A DNA stretch of 64,000 nt. Origin: Haplodiscus bocki. Taxonomy: Eukaryota. How positions within the stretch are numbered: the stretch's first letter is position 1; every line of letters begins with the position of its first letter. This document shows, piece by piece, positions 61,641-64,000 of the stretch. The notes below the pieces were generated by a model. The model searched no databases. It saw only the letters and a program-made list of their open reading frames with translations, and had not been told where the DNA came from. Location of the stretch: contig OZ296654.1 in the NCBI GenBank assembly GCA_965655095.1, positions 86,552,001-86,616,000 on the forward strand, read 5' to 3'. Made by a program: the position numbers and the translations under genes.

Positions 61641-63304
61641 ACAGATAATCTCATTCAAATGTCTATGTCAAGCCCGCATGATAGAAGTACTGAGTTATCT
61701 ACATAGCCTTAAAACTACGTCTATGTTCTACATGTATGAAGCTGCTACAATAAATAAGATCTTAGAGCAAGTTCTGAGGCTAAAAATGCATAAAAGTATC
61801 AATACAACTATGTCTTTTTACTTCCTCTATCCCCCTGATATGAAAGTGACTATATATTATACAACACATCATGTATTAGGTGGAACCAAAAAAATGTTGA
61901 GCACTTTATGAATTAGCAACTACATCACCCTAAAAGCAACAGTAAAGAATTAACCATGAAACGTGAAACATTGGCGATTGATTCCGACTGAAGCTCACAG
62001 ATGGAATCACATATTAAGAGACCAAAAGACACCGGTAATCTTTGACCGGAAACCTGCAATAATCACATGTGCCCTCTGTAATCTAACAAATCAACTAAAC
62101 AGACTGTAAGTGAGCTGAATCTAGGCCACGTCCGACGTTTTCACTCCATAATCTACTCAGCAGTCGGCAAACACGGAAACTCTCAACAGGAGAGAGATGA
62201 CAAAGAATTAGCAGTAGAAAAAACACAAGCAGAATGGATTTGGGAGAGATTAATCAAATACATCGTTTTCCAACCGTTCGAGATGAAGAAAAGCGAAAAC
62301 CTACTCAACAGCTGGATTACCGACAGAAACCGATAAAGAAAGCAGACATGAGTAATAAGTAATAAACATAACAAGACACATCATTTTTACTCGGGGGACC
62401 AGTCGCCAGTAGATCCCAGATATTTTCGGATGCTTGAGAAGGACAAATAGTCATCAAGACTTTACGATGCAGAATCTAATAAAAACATATAAACAGACTT
62501 TTTCCGATGTCTGAACAGCAAATAAGTTGATGTGTCAGCATTAGAACATTTCTCGACGTCCCAGATGGGCAGTAACAGTAGACATTGTAGCCCCTAATCG
62601 AACCAGCTGATACATCGAAATAGAAAAGTTTTCCGATTTCTGCATTAATTTAACGACCTGGAAAATTTAGCACACGGACAATTTCCGACGTAAATCTCAA
62701 AGTGCCCCACACCTCCTCCCGTGAGCATTTTAAGTTGACTCTATTTATATATGTCATACTTAACGCTTATTTTCGATGATTAGCTAGATTTTAACGCCTT
62801 TTAAATTTATGCAAAACTTGCGCTTCAAATTGCATAAAGTTCATGCTTTTGTCACTCTAGCGGGGGATTTGCGCTTCACTCATTAATTATCCAGGTACCA
62901 CCTAGGTCAACAAGCTTTTAATTGCTCACGGATGGTAAGAATTGTTTGTTACCATCGTTCATGTGACCACGGGTATACGTCCGCGAGGGAACAAACCTCA
63001 GCGATTCTTTAATTTGTGTTAACTAGAGCTCGTCAGAAGGCACCCAGAGCTGGATCGTATTCGCTAAGATTTGCTCCAGCTTCCTCTTGAAATTTTATAT
63101 TTGAACACTGTAAATCTGAAATTCATTGATTCATCGAACTATACCCGCTTCAACCTTTTCATTGCAGTAAACTAAAAAGACAGCATTAACACAAAATAAC
63201 GGTCAGACTACTTAGTTTAACTTTTCGCCGATTGTCTGAGTTTTTCTTTTGAGCGTACAACCGTTAAAAGCGGCAATACTCAAAATCTGAAAACCTGTCT
63301 AGAA

Positions 63305-63586
63305 ATGTCCGCACACGAGGAACCACCAAATGCCGCATCTGAATCGAACACAGCCGAACGAATTGACAAAACCGTCACGGAATTCTCTCCTGACTTAACG
63401 CAAGAGGGGGTCAAAGTTGACTTGGGACCTCTCTATGCCCAGATTATGGCATTAACGCAGACGTTCAGCAAATTAGTCCAGGACAACTCAGCTAGAACGA
63501 ACCCAACGATTGGTCCCACGGTCGTCGATTTCCGTCCAAGTCTCGACCTACAGATGGGCCCAGCACTTCCAAAACCCTACCATTAG
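63305..63586 (+). pseudogene. Probable LTR-retrotransposon gag N-terminus (93-aa open frame)
   Basis: Low-complexity start plus an amphipathic helix; followed immediately by a MITE-like insert. The family call is inference. Confidence 0.35.
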
Positions 63587-63597
63587 AGTCACCTTTG

Positions 63598-63730
63598 ACC
63601 CAGCCTTGGACATCCTGGATATCCTGCCAGTATCCCTCCAGGATTCTTCGGGATTCCTGGTAAGAATATCCAGGAATCCTGCCAGGATCTTGCAAGGTCA
63701 TGTAAGATTTTCCATGAAATTCAGGAGGCA
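63598..63730. repeat. MITE-like insert of CCAGGAT/ATCCTGG units
   Basis: Multiple inverted CCAGGA/TCCTGG motifs within ~130 bp. Confidence 0.5.
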
Positions 63731-64000
63731 AAAGTGCAAAAAATCAACTTATTCCCACTAAGGTTCAACCCACAGACCTCCGGTACCATCGCGTAATACT
63801 CTACCAGTGTGTTTTATCTGCTTTAATATTAGCAATTCCAAATTGAGTAAATTTGAACATGGTAGTAGCAATTGCTATTGATATAGCATCGAAGTAGAGC
63901 CCGTGGCCGCGTTGATATTCACTTAACTTGGAATTGCTATTGTCAAAGCAGATACAGCGCATTGGTGGAACATTTAATATGGATTCGAATCAATGTAATT

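Overview
AT-rich, repeat-dense eukaryotic (probably invertebrate animal) genomic DNA; not prokaryotic, and no rRNA, intact tRNA or CRISPR is seen. The dominant feature is a complete-ended but decayed Maverick/Polinton endogenous virus at 2741-15432. It has ~0.95-kb layered terminal inverted repeats, a near-perfect 6-bp TSD, and about 15 genes all on the minus strand: protein-primed PolB (internally deleted), integrase, a giant-virus/phage-type HNH-like nuclease, a fibre-like protein, adenain-like protease, major and minor capsid proteins, A32-type packaging ATPase and zinc-finger ORFs. Genes are packed stop-to-start, with TAAATG at nine start codons. The rest of the window holds decayed Ty3/gypsy pieces, a CRE-clade non-LTR 3' end, MITEs, and at least six Helentron-type non-autonomous elements (HINE/DINE-like) sharing ends but carrying different internal tandem arrays (~175 bp or ~115 bp). 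Two exons of an apparently live host AIG1/ADTRP (FAR-17a) family gene are separated by a 10.2-kb TE-filled intron. All protein calls are from motif recognition by eye; no searches were run, and identity values are hand estimates.
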